DNA of 51,810 bases from Minisyncoccota bacterium (lineage in GTDB: Bacteria > Patescibacteriota > Minisyncoccia > Phycocordibacterales > UBA9973), in the NCBI GenBank assembly GCA_021734995.1, contig JAIPHX010000006.1:1-51810 (forward strand), in the 5' to 3' direction. This document shows, piece after piece, positions 18,663-28,335 of this stretch (its first letter is position 1; each line of letters opens with the position of its first letter). Made by a program: the position numbers and the translations under genes. The notes under the pieces were generated by a model. It did not search any database and was not told the DNA's origin. It saw only the letters and a program-made list of their open reading frames with translations.

Positions 18663-18771
18663 AGAAAACAAAAAGGTTACGATTATTTCACCACAGTTTA
18701 GCTATTGAGGAGTTTTAAAATAATATAAATTCACAGCCTCGCAATAAATGCTCATATGATATACTTCAAAT

Positions 18772-19419
18772 ATGTATTTTCATGGAGATAGGAATAAAAA
18801 TAATATTGCAATAACTTTTGATGATGGGCCTTCTGAAGAAACTTTAAATGTGCTAGCAGTTTTAAAAAAATATAATATTAAAGCCACTTTTTTTGTTGTG
18901 GGTAAAATGATTAAAAACAGAGAATCTATTATCCAAGCCATAAAAAAAGATGGCCATGAATTTGGTAATCACACTTTTTCACATAAAAGATTGTGGTTTA
19001 AGTCAAAGAAATTTATAGAAGAAGATATTCAAAGATGTGATAATGAACTGAAAAAAGTTGGTGTAGTGACTAATCTTGTTCGTTTCCCTGGGTTAAAATA
19101 TGGACTTAACACTATTAAAATCTGCAAGCTTTTAAATAAAAAGATTATTGCTATAGATTTGATAACTTTGAATCAATTTGCTATGGACTGGTTTAACCCA
19201 TGGCTAAAAAAAATAGGATTAATTAAAAATGAAATCAAAATTGATGATGTTGTAAAAACAACAATAAAAAATACTAAAAACGGTTCAATTTTAGTTTTTC
19301 ATGATTATTTGCAAGAAATAGGTCCACATAAAGAGTTGTCTTCTATTTTAGAAATTATTTTACCAGAATTAAAAAAGAAAGGTTTTAATTTTGTAACTGT
19401 TTCTGAATTGTTAAATTGA
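18772..19419 (+). CDS. Polysaccharide deacetylase (NodB/CE4)
   Basis: TFDDGP, ATFFVVG, HEFGNHTFSH, RFPG and ILVFHD. Confidence 0.93.
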   Translation: MYFHGDRNKNNIAITFDDGPSEETLNVLAVLKKYNIKATFFVVGKMIKNRESIIQAIKKDGHEFGNHTFSHKRLWFKSKKFIEEDIQRCDNELKKVGVVTNLVRFPGLKYGLNTIKICKLLNKKIIAIDLITLNQFAMDWFNPWLKKIGLIKNEIKIDDVVKTTIKNTKNGSILVFHDYLQEIGPHKELSSILEIILPELKKKGFNFVTVSELLN

Positions 19420-19453
19420 ATTGTTTTGAGCTAGGCGTGACAAGTATCCCAAA

Positions 19454-19495
19454 ATTAATACACCTTGGCTCTGCTTGATTTATTTCCTTTTGTTT
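19454..19495 (+). repeat. 42-bp direct repeat, copy 2
   Basis: attaatacaccttggctctgcttgatttatttccttttgttt. Confidence 0.9.
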
Positions 19496-19525
19496 TTCTA
19501 AAAAAAGGCATATAATATATATTAT

Positions 19526-19954
19526 ATGAACAAAAAAGTATATATAGCATTGATAATATGCATTATTTTAGCTTTTGCAGGTTTTTATCTTTTTAATAAT
19601 AAAACACAAAATACTGAGCAAGTAGATAATAATTCAAAAGAAATATCTGCTGATAGTATAAATTCTAATGTTTCTGAAAATAGTAATCCTAGCATTTCTA
19701 CTGATAGTAATGTGTCTAAGACTTTCACTATTGAAGAAGTAGCTACTTACAACACAGAAGCCAATTGTTATTCCGCTATAAATGGCGTAGTGTATGACCT
19801 TACTAAATGGATCAACAAACATCCAGGAGGGGATAGAAATATTCTACGGATTTGTGGGCTAGACGGCTCGGAAACTTTCAATGGTCAACATGGAGAAAGT
19901 AAAAAGGTTGGCAACATATTAGCAGGATTTGAGGTCGGAGTGTTGAGTAATTAG
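19526..19954 (+). CDS. Membrane-anchored cytochrome b5-like heme/steroid-binding protein
   Basis: N-terminal TM; FTIEEVATYN...VYDLT.WINKHPGG...F..QH. Confidence 0.9.
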   Translation: MNKKVYIALIICIILAFAGFYLFNNKTQNTEQVDNNSKEISADSINSNVSENSNPSISTDSNVSKTFTIEEVATYNTEANCYSAINGVVYDLTKWINKHPGGDRNILRICGLDGSETFNGQHGESKKVGNILAGFEVGVLSN

Positions 19955-19977
19955 ATTATAAATAAAATATAAAGATA

Positions 19978-20346
19978 ATGAATGGCATTGAAAATAGTTT
20001 TTTACCAAAAGGAGAAGAAATAGAAATAATGGAGCCAGAAGATTTAGCTATACAGCTTAAATTATTAGAAGAGCAAATTAAGGCTTTAGAAGCACAACTA
20101 AGTTTTGCAGTTGGACAAAAGTACGATGATGTTTCAAAAGAATTAACAGAATTAATTCTTTTGATTAATGAAGTATCTATACAAAGTACTTTTTCAAATA
20201 TTTTAAAGATTTTCCAGGACAAATTGGATGCTATAAATAAACAACTAGCAGATGGTGTTCCTGATGTAATAAAAGATAAGCTAGAAAAAGAACGACAAAT
20301 ATTAGAAGAGCACATAAAGCTTTGGAGCCAAAAAAGACCTTCTTAA
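19978..20346 (+). CDS. Hypothetical coiled-coil protein
   Basis: L/E/K heptad-rich 122-aa ORF in operon-like arrangement. Confidence 0.6.
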   Translation: MNGIENSFLPKGEEIEIMEPEDLAIQLKLLEEQIKALEAQLSFAVGQKYDDVSKELTELILLINEVSIQSTFSNILKIFQDKLDAINKQLADGVPDVIKDKLEKERQILEEHIKLWSQKRPS

Positions 20347-20352
20347 TAACCA

Positions 20353-21369
20353 ATGCAAGCACAAGAATCTTTTTCTCTTTCTAAATTGTTACAAAAGCTA
20401 GCTCCTAAAGTAGGAGCTAAGGTTCTTTTGGAGCCAAAATGGAAAATGGCAGGTCAGATTGTATTTAGAAATAACAGGCATTCTTTTTTTAAATATAATG
20501 TTTTTGGCTTAAATTTGCATGGTTCAGCAAAAATTGCTCGAGATAAAGATAATGCTGATTATTTTATGCGTAAAATGGGCTACAGAGTTGTCAAAAATTC
20601 TAAAGTTTTTTTGTCTGATTCTTGGGCAGATACCATTCAATCAAAAAAAAATAGAATAGATGATGCATATACATATGCTTTAAAAATAGGTTTTCCGGTA
20701 GTAGTAAAGCCCAACGACGCCTCTCATGGGGAGGGAATGTTTTTAGCTCACAACAAAAAAGAATTATATTATGGCTTAAGAGAAGTTTTTAAAATTACAA
20801 AAGTAGCCATTGTGCAGGAGTATATTTTAGGTAAAGATTATAGAGTTGTTGTCCTAGACAATGAAATGGTCTCAGCTTATGAAAGAATTTCTTTAAATAT
20901 TGTTGGAGATGGAAAATCCACTGTCTTAAAATTATTAAAAAATAAATTAAAAAAAATACAAAAAGATGGCAGGAGTGTGAATATAGATGAAAAAGATCCA
21001 AGAATTTTGATGAATCTAAAAAGTTTGTCTTTGTCTTTTGGTTCTGTGTTAGAAAAGAACCAAAAAGTATTTATTTTAAATAATGCCAATCTTTCTGCAG
21101 GTGGAGAATCAGTAGATGTAAGTGATACCATCCATCCATTTTTTAAAGATTTAGCGATAAGACTAACAAAAGATATGGGACTTCGTTTATCTGGAGTAGA
21201 TTTAATTATTGATGGTGATATCTCAAAAAAGACTGATAAGTATTATATATTAGAAATCAATGCTTCTCCTGGGTTAAATCACTATGCTTCTATGGGTCTA
21301 AAGCAAAGAAAGATAGTAGAAGATATGTACTTGAAAATATTACAAAAAATCAGTATTATTAAAGGATGA
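20353..21369 (+). CDS. ATP-grasp protein (cyanophycin synthetase/RimK-like, no Mur domain)
   Basis: ARDKDNA, FPVVVKP..SHGEG, VQEYI.GKDYRV, ANLSAGG, GVDLI and LEINASPG. Confidence 0.85.
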   Translation: MQAQESFSLSKLLQKLAPKVGAKVLLEPKWKMAGQIVFRNNRHSFFKYNVFGLNLHGSAKIARDKDNADYFMRKMGYRVVKNSKVFLSDSWADTIQSKKNRIDDAYTYALKIGFPVVVKPNDASHGEGMFLAHNKKELYYGLREVFKITKVAIVQEYILGKDYRVVVLDNEMVSAYERISLNIVGDGKSTVLKLLKNKLKKIQKDGRSVNIDEKDPRILMNLKSLSLSFGSVLEKNQKVFILNNANLSAGGESVDVSDTIHPFFKDLAIRLTKDMGLRLSGVDLIIDGDISKKTDKYYILEINASPGLNHYASMGLKQRKIVEDMYLKILQKISIIKG

Positions 21370-21782
21370 CAGAGAGAACACCATGTAAATTGGGAGAAAA
21401 GGAAAAATTAATGCTTAGTTTGGAAAAATTTGCTAAGTATTTTGTTTTTTTTAAAGGGCAGGTCGCTTCTTTAAGTTCTGTGCTAAATAGTTCAGTTTTA
21501 GATAAGATAACAAATATTACAAACAATACAGATACTAAAGGTTTTAAAATTGATGGTTTGGTTATTACAATAGAAGAAATTTTAAAAATATACGAAAGCA
21601 GATTGGAAGAATTATCAAAGACTCTATATTATTCAGAAGAAGAAAAGAATAAATCAAATAAACTTTCCATAAAATCCGAAAAGGTTTTTTTAGAGAGTAG
21701 GATTAAAGAAATAAAAAATTTTTTAGAAAAGAATGTAGGTAAAAAAGATGCAGAAAAACAAGATATTACAGGAGTTAAATAA
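21366..21782 (+). CDS. Hypothetical protein
   Basis: 138-aa ORF overlapping both neighbours in operon fashion. Confidence 0.5.
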   Translation: MTERTPCKLGEKEKLMLSLEKFAKYFVFFKGQVASLSSVLNSSVLDKITNITNNTDTKGFKIDGLVITIEEILKIYESRLEELSKTLYYSEEEKNKSNKLSIKSEKVFLESRIKEIKNFLEKNVGKKDAEKQDITGVK

Positions 21783-23079
21783 AAAGTGGCATAAAAAGTG
21801 TGAGTGTGATTTAAAGAAAACTGCGACTAAAGCAGTTTTTGGTTATGGTAATCCAAACGCCGATATTGTGTTTATTGGAGAAGCTCCTGGGAAGAATGAA
21901 GATAATAAGGGGAAACCTTTTGTCGGAGCTTCAGGTAAGATTTTGACAGAAATGCTTTCTATGATAGGTTTAAAGAGGGAAGATGTGTATATTACCAATA
22001 TTGTAAAATATCGTCCACTTGAAAATAGAGATCCGACGCCAAAAGAAAAAGAAGACTGTAAAGAATGGCTTTCCGAAGAGTTGAATGTAATCAATCCAAA
22101 AATGATAGTTTTGTTGGGTCGGCATTCATTGAATACTTTTTTTTCAGAATACAATATTTCAAAAGTGCGGGGGAGAGTTTTCAAAAAAACTTTTCTCAAT
22201 CTAAATACAAAATATTTTTACCCTATATATCATCCAAGTGCTACGATTTACAATCGTTCACTATTGATTGATTTAAAAAAAGATTTTAAAAAGATACCAA
22301 AAATTTTAGAAAAAATAAAAAAAGAAAAAATGAATATTAAAAAGAAAACTCAAATAGTGATTTTGGCAGGTGGACGTGGAAAAAGAATGAAAAGCCATTT
22401 ACCTAAAGCAATTGTTCCTCTCAAAGGTAGACCAATGCTTCATCATCTGGTAGATATATCAGCAAAGATTGGGATACCCAAACCTATAATTATTGTTGGC
22501 CATAAAGCAGAAAAAGTAAAAAAAGAAATTGGTAAAAATAATAATTTTGTTTTGCAAAAAGAATCGCTTGGCACAGCTCATGCCGTACTTTGCGCTAAAC
22601 AAAAATGCAAAACCTACGATACTATTGTAGTTCTTTCTAGTGATCAACCCAATGTAAGGCCTGAAAGTATTTTGGAATCAATCGCTCAACACGATAAATT
22701 AAAATCAAAAATTACTCTTACTACTACACTTGTACCAAATTTTAAAGATTGGCGTCAATATTTTCTGGTTCACGGTAGAATTTTAAGAAAAGGGAATAAT
22801 ATTGTAGGAATTAAAGAATACAAAGATGCCGATGAAATAGAAAGAAAGATAAAAGAAGTAAATACAGGGTGTTGTTATGTTTTTGATGCGAAGTGGCTTT
22901 GGCAAAATTTGAATAAAGTAAAAAACAAAAATGTTCAAAAAGAGTATTATCTTACTGATTTGGTAAAAATAGCTAATGATCAAAAAGAAAAGATTGGTAA
23001 CTACAAGATAGACAATAGAGAAGCTTTGGGGGCAAATTCTAAAGAAGAACTTGAAGTGTTAGAAAAATTTGTTGTATAA
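21748..23079 (+). CDS. Fusion: family-4 uracil-DNA glycosylase + GlmU-like N-terminal nucleotidyltransferase
   Basis: UDG: FIGEAPG..E..G.PFVG, YITNIVKYRP..NR.P and YHPSA. From Met at 22330: VILAGGRGKRMKSHLPK, QKESLGTAHA and YYLTDLV. Confidence 0.85.
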   Translation: MQKNKILQELNKKWHKKCECDLKKTATKAVFGYGNPNADIVFIGEAPGKNEDNKGKPFVGASGKILTEMLSMIGLKREDVYITNIVKYRPLENRDPTPKEKEDCKEWLSEELNVINPKMIVLLGRHSLNTFFSEYNISKVRGRVFKKTFLNLNTKYFYPIYHPSATIYNRSLLIDLKKDFKKIPKILEKIKKEKMNIKKKTQIVILAGGRGKRMKSHLPKAIVPLKGRPMLHHLVDISAKIGIPKPIIIVGHKAEKVKKEIGKNNNFVLQKESLGTAHAVLCAKQKCKTYDTIVVLSSDQPNVRPESILESIAQHDKLKSKITLTTTLVPNFKDWRQYFLVHGRILRKGNNIVGIKEYKDADEIERKIKEVNTGCCYVFDAKWLWQNLNKVKNKNVQKEYYLTDLVKIANDQKEKIGNYKIDNREALGANSKEELEVLEKFVV

Positions 23080-23086
23080 TATATAC

Positions 23087-24316
23087 ATGTCCAATCCTTT
23101 CGATAACGCTATGGCTCAGCTTGAAAAAGCTTTGCAAATAAAAAGTATAAATACCAATTTAGCTCAAAAATTACATTATCCAGATAGAGATATACGTATT
23201 CATATACCAATCAGCATGGATGATGGCTCTACGCGCATTTTTGAGGGTTACAGGGTGCAATATGACAACACTCTCGGACCATATAAAGGGGGAATAAGAT
23301 ATCATCAAGATGCTGATATAAACGAAGTAAAAGCTTTAGCTTTTTGGATGACTATCAAGTGCGCTATTGCTGGTATTCCAATGGGTGGAGGAAAGGGTGG
23401 AATAAAAGTTAACCCAAAAGATTTGTCCGAAAAAGAAATAGAAAGACTTTCTAGAGGATGGGTGCAGAAGCTTTCTGATGTCATTGGTCCACACAAAGAT
23501 GTTCCTGCTCCAGATGTAAACACCACTCCTCTTATTATGTCTTATATGGTAGATGAATATGAAAAAATTACAGGAGATACAAGCGGAGCAGTAATTACAG
23601 GGAAACCTATAGACAAAGGAGGATCAGAGGGTAGAGGTCCAGCTACAGGTCTTGGTGGTTTTTATGTGTTTGAAACATTACGAGGAAAGATTGGTTTGCC
23701 AGAAAAATGCAAAGTGGTGGTACAAGGATTTGGAAATGTTGGTTTTAATGGAGCAAAAATATTTGCACAACACGGTCATTCAATCATCGCTGTTTCTGAT
23801 TCTAAAGGGGGAGTTTACAATGAAAATGGTTTGGATTTAGAAAAACTTGCTGATCATAAAAAAAATACTGGCAGTCTGGCTGATTTTGAAGGTTCTAAAA
23901 ATATTTCAAATGAAGAGTTGCTTGCTCTTCCATGTGATGTATTGGCACCTTCTGCTTTTGAAAATGTAATTACAAAAGAGAATGTACATAGCATACAAGC
24001 AAAAGTAATTTTAGAACTTGCTAATGGCCCCGTTACTCCAGAAGCTGATGATATTTTATTTTCTAAAAATATTGCGGTAATACCAGATGTGTTGGCAAAT
24101 TCTGGAGGCGTAACAGTTTCATTTTTTGAATGGGATCAAAATCTAAAAAATGAACATTGGACAGAGAAAGATGTATTTGATAAGCTCCAAGAGTATATGC
24201 AAAGTGCTAGTCTAGCAGTATGGCAAAAAAAGGAGGAGTACAATACTTCTCTACGTGTCGGAGCTTTCTTGTTGGCACTAGAAAGAATTGGAGAAAAAAT
24301 GAAAGTTTTGAAATAA
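23087..24316 (+). CDS. gdhA: Glu/Leu/Phe/Val dehydrogenase (glutamate dehydrogenase)
   Basis: GPYKGGIRYH, GGGKGG, DVPAPD, TGK, QGFGNVG and PDVLANSGGV. ATG 23087 is preferred over TTG 23069. Confidence 0.95.
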   Translation: MSNPFDNAMAQLEKALQIKSINTNLAQKLHYPDRDIRIHIPISMDDGSTRIFEGYRVQYDNTLGPYKGGIRYHQDADINEVKALAFWMTIKCAIAGIPMGGGKGGIKVNPKDLSEKEIERLSRGWVQKLSDVIGPHKDVPAPDVNTTPLIMSYMVDEYEKITGDTSGAVITGKPIDKGGSEGRGPATGLGGFYVFETLRGKIGLPEKCKVVVQGFGNVGFNGAKIFAQHGHSIIAVSDSKGGVYNENGLDLEKLADHKKNTGSLADFEGSKNISNEELLALPCDVLAPSAFENVITKENVHSIQAKVILELANGPVTPEADDILFSKNIAVIPDVLANSGGVTVSFFEWDQNLKNEHWTEKDVFDKLQEYMQSASLAVWQKKEEYNTSLRVGAFLLALERIGEKMKVLK

Positions 24317-24325
24317 ATTAAAAAT

Positions 24326-24398
24326 GCGCGGTTAGCTCAGTTGGTAGAGCGACCCCTTGACGTGGGGTAGGCCAGGGGTTCGAATCCCTTATCGCGCA
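24326..24398 (+). tRNA. trnV: tRNA-Val (GAC)
   Basis: gcgcggt/atcgcgc acceptor, anticodon arm acccc-ttGACgt-ggggt, T arm agggg-ttcgaat-ccctt. Confidence 0.95.
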
Positions 24399-24495
24399 CT
24401 ATATTAATATCTAACTGTTTCCCTCTAGGTAATAGTATTTTTTATCTAAAAGGGCTTCTACTTTTTTATTGTTTTTTATGATAATATACAGAAAT

Positions 24496-27396
24496 ATGGA
24501 AAAGCCACAGTTTGAAGCAAAATTTAAAAAAACAAAAAAAACACTTGAATCTTCAGAAGCAAAAATTATTGAATTTTTAAAAGACAAGACCATTAATGAA
24601 AAGGATAGAATTCGCTTAACTCGAGTTCTTCAGTTGGTAGAGCGTTATCAACCAACAAGAAGTACCAAAGAATTAAAACTTGATAAATGGTTAAAATATC
24701 TTGAAACCATTTATCGTTCTTTGCCAAATATCAAGAAAGATCAAAAAGAAATTGAGAATATTTCTGCTAACTCATATCTTCTTGCTGAAAAAACAATTGC
24801 TTCACTTCGTGAACTTAGACACATAGATTTAAATCTTGAAAAAGAGAATGAATTCTCTGAAGATGAAATTTTAAATCAGAAAAGATCTTCTGAAGTTAAG
24901 GAAGAAGAGATACTAGATACTTCGCTTACCCTTGAATATGAAAAAAAGAACTGGGGAGTAGAAAGAGTTTGTCTTGATGGAATACAAAATCATTTACCTT
25001 CAGATTCAAAAGGAGAACATGTTTGGGTTATGTGTTTAATTAATGGTAAATGGGTTTCTCTTTTAGAAGCAACCCAAAATAAAAATAAAATAGAAGCAGT
25101 CAGATTTGCTGATGATGGTGTTGGTTTTGATGTAAAAAATTTGTCTCTTTTGTATTCAACAAAAGCTGAAGAAAAAGATTCTAGGGGACAATTTGGAGAA
25201 GGTATGAAAATGATGGCTGCCGCTGCCTTACGTGAGGGATTGAAACCAGAAATGGAATCACAAGATTGGAAAGCAACACCAATATCAAAAGAAGTAAAAT
25301 TATACGATACTAGAAATGAAAAAAATCAAACCATTCAACAGTTATCATTTAAGGTTGATTATTTGGAGGGAAAACCTATGATCGGATCTCGAACAACTTT
25401 CTATAAACCAACAAAAGCTTTTGTTGATGAATTAATGCAAATTGAAAATAAAATATTAGCTTTACATGATAATTACCGTCCTCTTTTTGTTGGGAGTGTT
25501 GGTGAAATAGTAGATAGTGAATCCGGTAATTTATTTGTAAAAGGAATCTATGTGAATAGCCAAAATACCTTGCTTTCATATAATTTTGAAGATGTAGAAA
25601 CAAATAGAGATCGTAATAGTATTGTTTCGAATGGATGGGAAAGAAGAATTCAAAAAATAATTGAAGAAATTCCTAACAAAAGGTTGGCTAAAACAATTAT
25701 TCAAAAAAGTATTTTAAATACAAGAGCAATTGAAAGTTCTTTTTATGATTTAAACCCTAAACATCCAAGTATATGGACAGAAGGATTTTATGAAGCATTT
25801 GGGAAAGACGCAGTTTTAGATACTGGATTTAGAATTCCAGATACTTTTAAAAATAATAATATCAATAAGATTAAGGTGCCTTATGGTATCTCTAATTTAC
25901 TTTTAAAGGCAGGAATAAAAACCGATCGAGAAGCAACCCCAGATTTTTGGGAAGAGATAATTCCAACTTCCTTAACTCTTGAATATGGAAAAGATATTTG
26001 GGGTGAAGAAAGAATTTTACTTGACGCGGTGCAAAACCATTTACCAAATGATTCTGGGGGTTCAAGTATTGGGTTGCGTTTTAAAACAAAAGATGGAGGA
26101 TGGCATTCGTTCCAAGATTTATTAGATATAAAGAATGAAGACATAGAAGCAATTAAAATTTATGATAATGGGCGTGGATATGATTCACGTTTGCTTGGAT
26201 TTTTTTATTCCACAAAAGGAGAGCAAGAAAGTACTGGGAAATTTGGGGAAGGTTTAAAAATGCTTTGTGTGGCTTCTATTCGTAAGGGTATTGATATAAC
26301 CTTACGTTCGCAAAACTGGTCAGCAAAACCAAGAACACTAAGACAAGATATTGATGGAAAACAAATTGACCAACTTGTGTTTGATGTTACGCATACCGCC
26401 AAAAAACAAGGAATGGATGATGATAATGGGGTTTATCAAAAAAGCTCAACAACATTTTCAAATCTTACGCCAGAACTATTGGAAGAGTTTAGACAGATTA
26501 ATAAAAAAGTTCTTGCTATAGAAGAAAAAAAGCCAGTAGAAAGTACTATAAACGGGGATATTCTTTCACTTGATGGTGGAATGGTTTATGTGCGGGAACT
26601 TTTGATCCCTGGAGATCATGACTTGCTTTTTACTTATCATTTACCAAAGTTAGAAATAAAAAACAGAGATAGAAGTTTTATTGACCAACAAGAGCTTGTT
26701 CCTCAGATTGCGAAAGTATGGTCACAAGTTGAAAGTCCTGAAGTTATTAGAAGTTTTTTATTTAAAGCAAATTTGGAAGCACAAAAAGTTGAAGGGAATG
26801 ATAAATTAGAATTTGCGATGGATTTTACACCTAAAGACACAGAGGGTTGGAAAAAGATTTTTGAGGAAGTTTTCGGGAAAAACACTGCTATCCGTGATAT
26901 GCGTTCTGAAGATTATGATGCTATGCAACAAAATATGCACGTTGGATTAGAACTTGTATCTTTCCCGTCCGCTGTTTATAGAGTTTTACAAAGAATAGGG
27001 TTGCCGACATATGAATCTCGTATAAGAGAAATGAGTGATGTTGAGGATGTTCCCAACGAAGAACTTACAGTAGAAGAAAAAAAAATGATTGAAATTTTAA
27101 CAGCAATTGATGAATATTTACCAAACAATAAACCATCTCAGATTAAAATCTACGAACCAAAATATAATGATCAAAAAGTGGCAGAAGGTTTTTCTAATGG
27201 AACAGATATCTATTTACGTCGCGGAGTCCTTTCTAATTTTCTACATGCTGCTGATGTTTATGTTCACGAAAAAACTCACCATAACACTAATGGTGCGCAA
27301 GACGCGAGTTCAGGTTTTAGAAATTATCTTACCTTAGCTCTTGCTAACATGGCATTAGATCAATTAAAAAAGGTTAGACCAGATTTAATAAATTAG
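24496..27396 (+). CDS. Protein with two tandem GHKL (HATPase_c-like) ATPase modules and a C-terminal HExxH motif
   Basis: Module 1: TSLTLEY..WG..LDGIQNHL, FADDGVGFD, GQFGEGMK. Module 2: TSLTLEY..WG..LDAVQNHL, YDNGRGYD, GKFGEGLK. HEKTH at 27265-27279. ATG 24496 is preferred. Confidence 0.78.
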   Translation: MEKPQFEAKFKKTKKTLESSEAKIIEFLKDKTINEKDRIRLTRVLQLVERYQPTRSTKELKLDKWLKYLETIYRSLPNIKKDQKEIENISANSYLLAEKTIASLRELRHIDLNLEKENEFSEDEILNQKRSSEVKEEEILDTSLTLEYEKKNWGVERVCLDGIQNHLPSDSKGEHVWVMCLINGKWVSLLEATQNKNKIEAVRFADDGVGFDVKNLSLLYSTKAEEKDSRGQFGEGMKMMAAAALREGLKPEMESQDWKATPISKEVKLYDTRNEKNQTIQQLSFKVDYLEGKPMIGSRTTFYKPTKAFVDELMQIENKILALHDNYRPLFVGSVGEIVDSESGNLFVKGIYVNSQNTLLSYNFEDVETNRDRNSIVSNGWERRIQKIIEEIPNKRLAKTIIQKSILNTRAIESSFYDLNPKHPSIWTEGFYEAFGKDAVLDTGFRIPDTFKNNNINKIKVPYGISNLLLKAGIKTDREATPDFWEEIIPTSLTLEYGKDIWGEERILLDAVQNHLPNDSGGSSIGLRFKTKDGGWHSFQDLLDIKNEDIEAIKIYDNGRGYDSRLLGFFYSTKGEQESTGKFGEGLKMLCVASIRKGIDITLRSQNWSAKPRTLRQDIDGKQIDQLVFDVTHTAKKQGMDDDNGVYQKSSTTFSNLTPELLEEFRQINKKVLAIEEKKPVESTINGDILSLDGGMVYVRELLIPGDHDLLFTYHLPKLEIKNRDRSFIDQQELVPQIAKVWSQVESPEVIRSFLFKANLEAQKVEGNDKLEFAMDFTPKDTEGWKKIFEEVFGKNTAIRDMRSEDYDAMQQNMHVGLELVSFPSAVYRVLQRIGLPTYESRIREMSDVEDVPNEELTVEEKKMIEILTAIDEYLPNNKPSQIKIYEPKYNDQKVAEGFSNGTDIYLRRGVLSNFLHAADVYVHEKTHHNTNGAQDASSGFRNYLTLALANMALDQLKKVRPDLIN

Positions 27397-27413
27397 AGTA
27401 AAGTAGTATTCAA

Positions 27414-28301
27414 ATGAAAACACCAGATAATAGAAAATCAAACAAAATTGAATCAATACCAGTAGATCTAGTAAAAGACTTAGAAATATTAGATCAAAGG
27501 CATAAATTAAAAGATTTGAATAATCTTTATATTGAATTTAAAGAAAAATATTCAAGTGTTTTGGAAAATATTGGTATGATAATAGAAACACCACCACTTG
27601 TTTATGCAGATACAAAAAAGCCAATAAAAAAAGACGATCCATTTTTAGAAGAAGAGGTATCTGGTTTTTGTTATCTACATATTGCTAATCCGGAATTATT
27701 TAAAGAATATTTAACGTCTTTAAATAAAGAAAACTTAGATAAAGATACTAAGTTTTTCTTGGTTTTCTTTTTAAAAAAAATGTCGGAGCAAGTAATTTAT
27801 TTGTACAATACATCTAGAATGCGTACAGCAAAAGATGTTGATGATGTTGATAGTAATTTTGTTAACTTTTTAGGAGTTATGGGGAGCATGTCAAAACAGT
27901 ATGAATTGATTGGTCTAGATAAAGAGATAGAATTAAAAAAATATATTGATATTTTAAAAAAATTAGCATTACATAAGGAAATAGGTTCCTTGTCTGAGTA
28001 TATTTTATTTTACAAATTACTTGAAGAAAATATTGAAGATTCTTATCTAGTTGGTTGTTTTTATGTTTCTTATATAAAAGATAAAGAAAAATTTTGGGGA
28101 GATAATTTTTTTAGCCCACTAGAAGATATCGCTCAATTTGTAAAAGAAAATAAAATAGTAAAAGAATTGTATCAAGAGGTTTTGAATTATGGTTTAAAAT
28201 GTATTAATATTGTAATGGCAGATAAAAAAAATTTTCATTATAATAAAGAAGAGTGTCAAGATATTAAAATGAAAATTGAAAACTTGTTAAAAATTTTTTA
28301 G
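27414..28301 (+). CDS. Hypothetical protein
   Basis: 295-aa ORF, very AT-rich, 17 nt downstream of the GHKL gene. Confidence 0.6.
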   Translation: MKTPDNRKSNKIESIPVDLVKDLEILDQRHKLKDLNNLYIEFKEKYSSVLENIGMIIETPPLVYADTKKPIKKDDPFLEEEVSGFCYLHIANPELFKEYLTSLNKENLDKDTKFFLVFFLKKMSEQVIYLYNTSRMRTAKDVDDVDSNFVNFLGVMGSMSKQYELIGLDKEIELKKYIDILKKLALHKEIGSLSEYILFYKLLEENIEDSYLVGCFYVSYIKDKEKFWGDNFFSPLEDIAQFVKENKIVKELYQEVLNYGLKCINIVMADKKNFHYNKEECQDIKMKIENLLKIF

Positions 28302-28335
28302 TTAGGGGGTTTATTATTAAATTAAATTAAAAAAT

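Noticed and set aside
24630-24644. 15-bp match (tcagttggtagagcg) to the tRNA D arm inside the GHKL gene, as a possible att site
   Set aside because: It is short, encodes LQLVER in frame, has no flanking tRNA similarity, and D-arm att sites are atypical. Probably chance.
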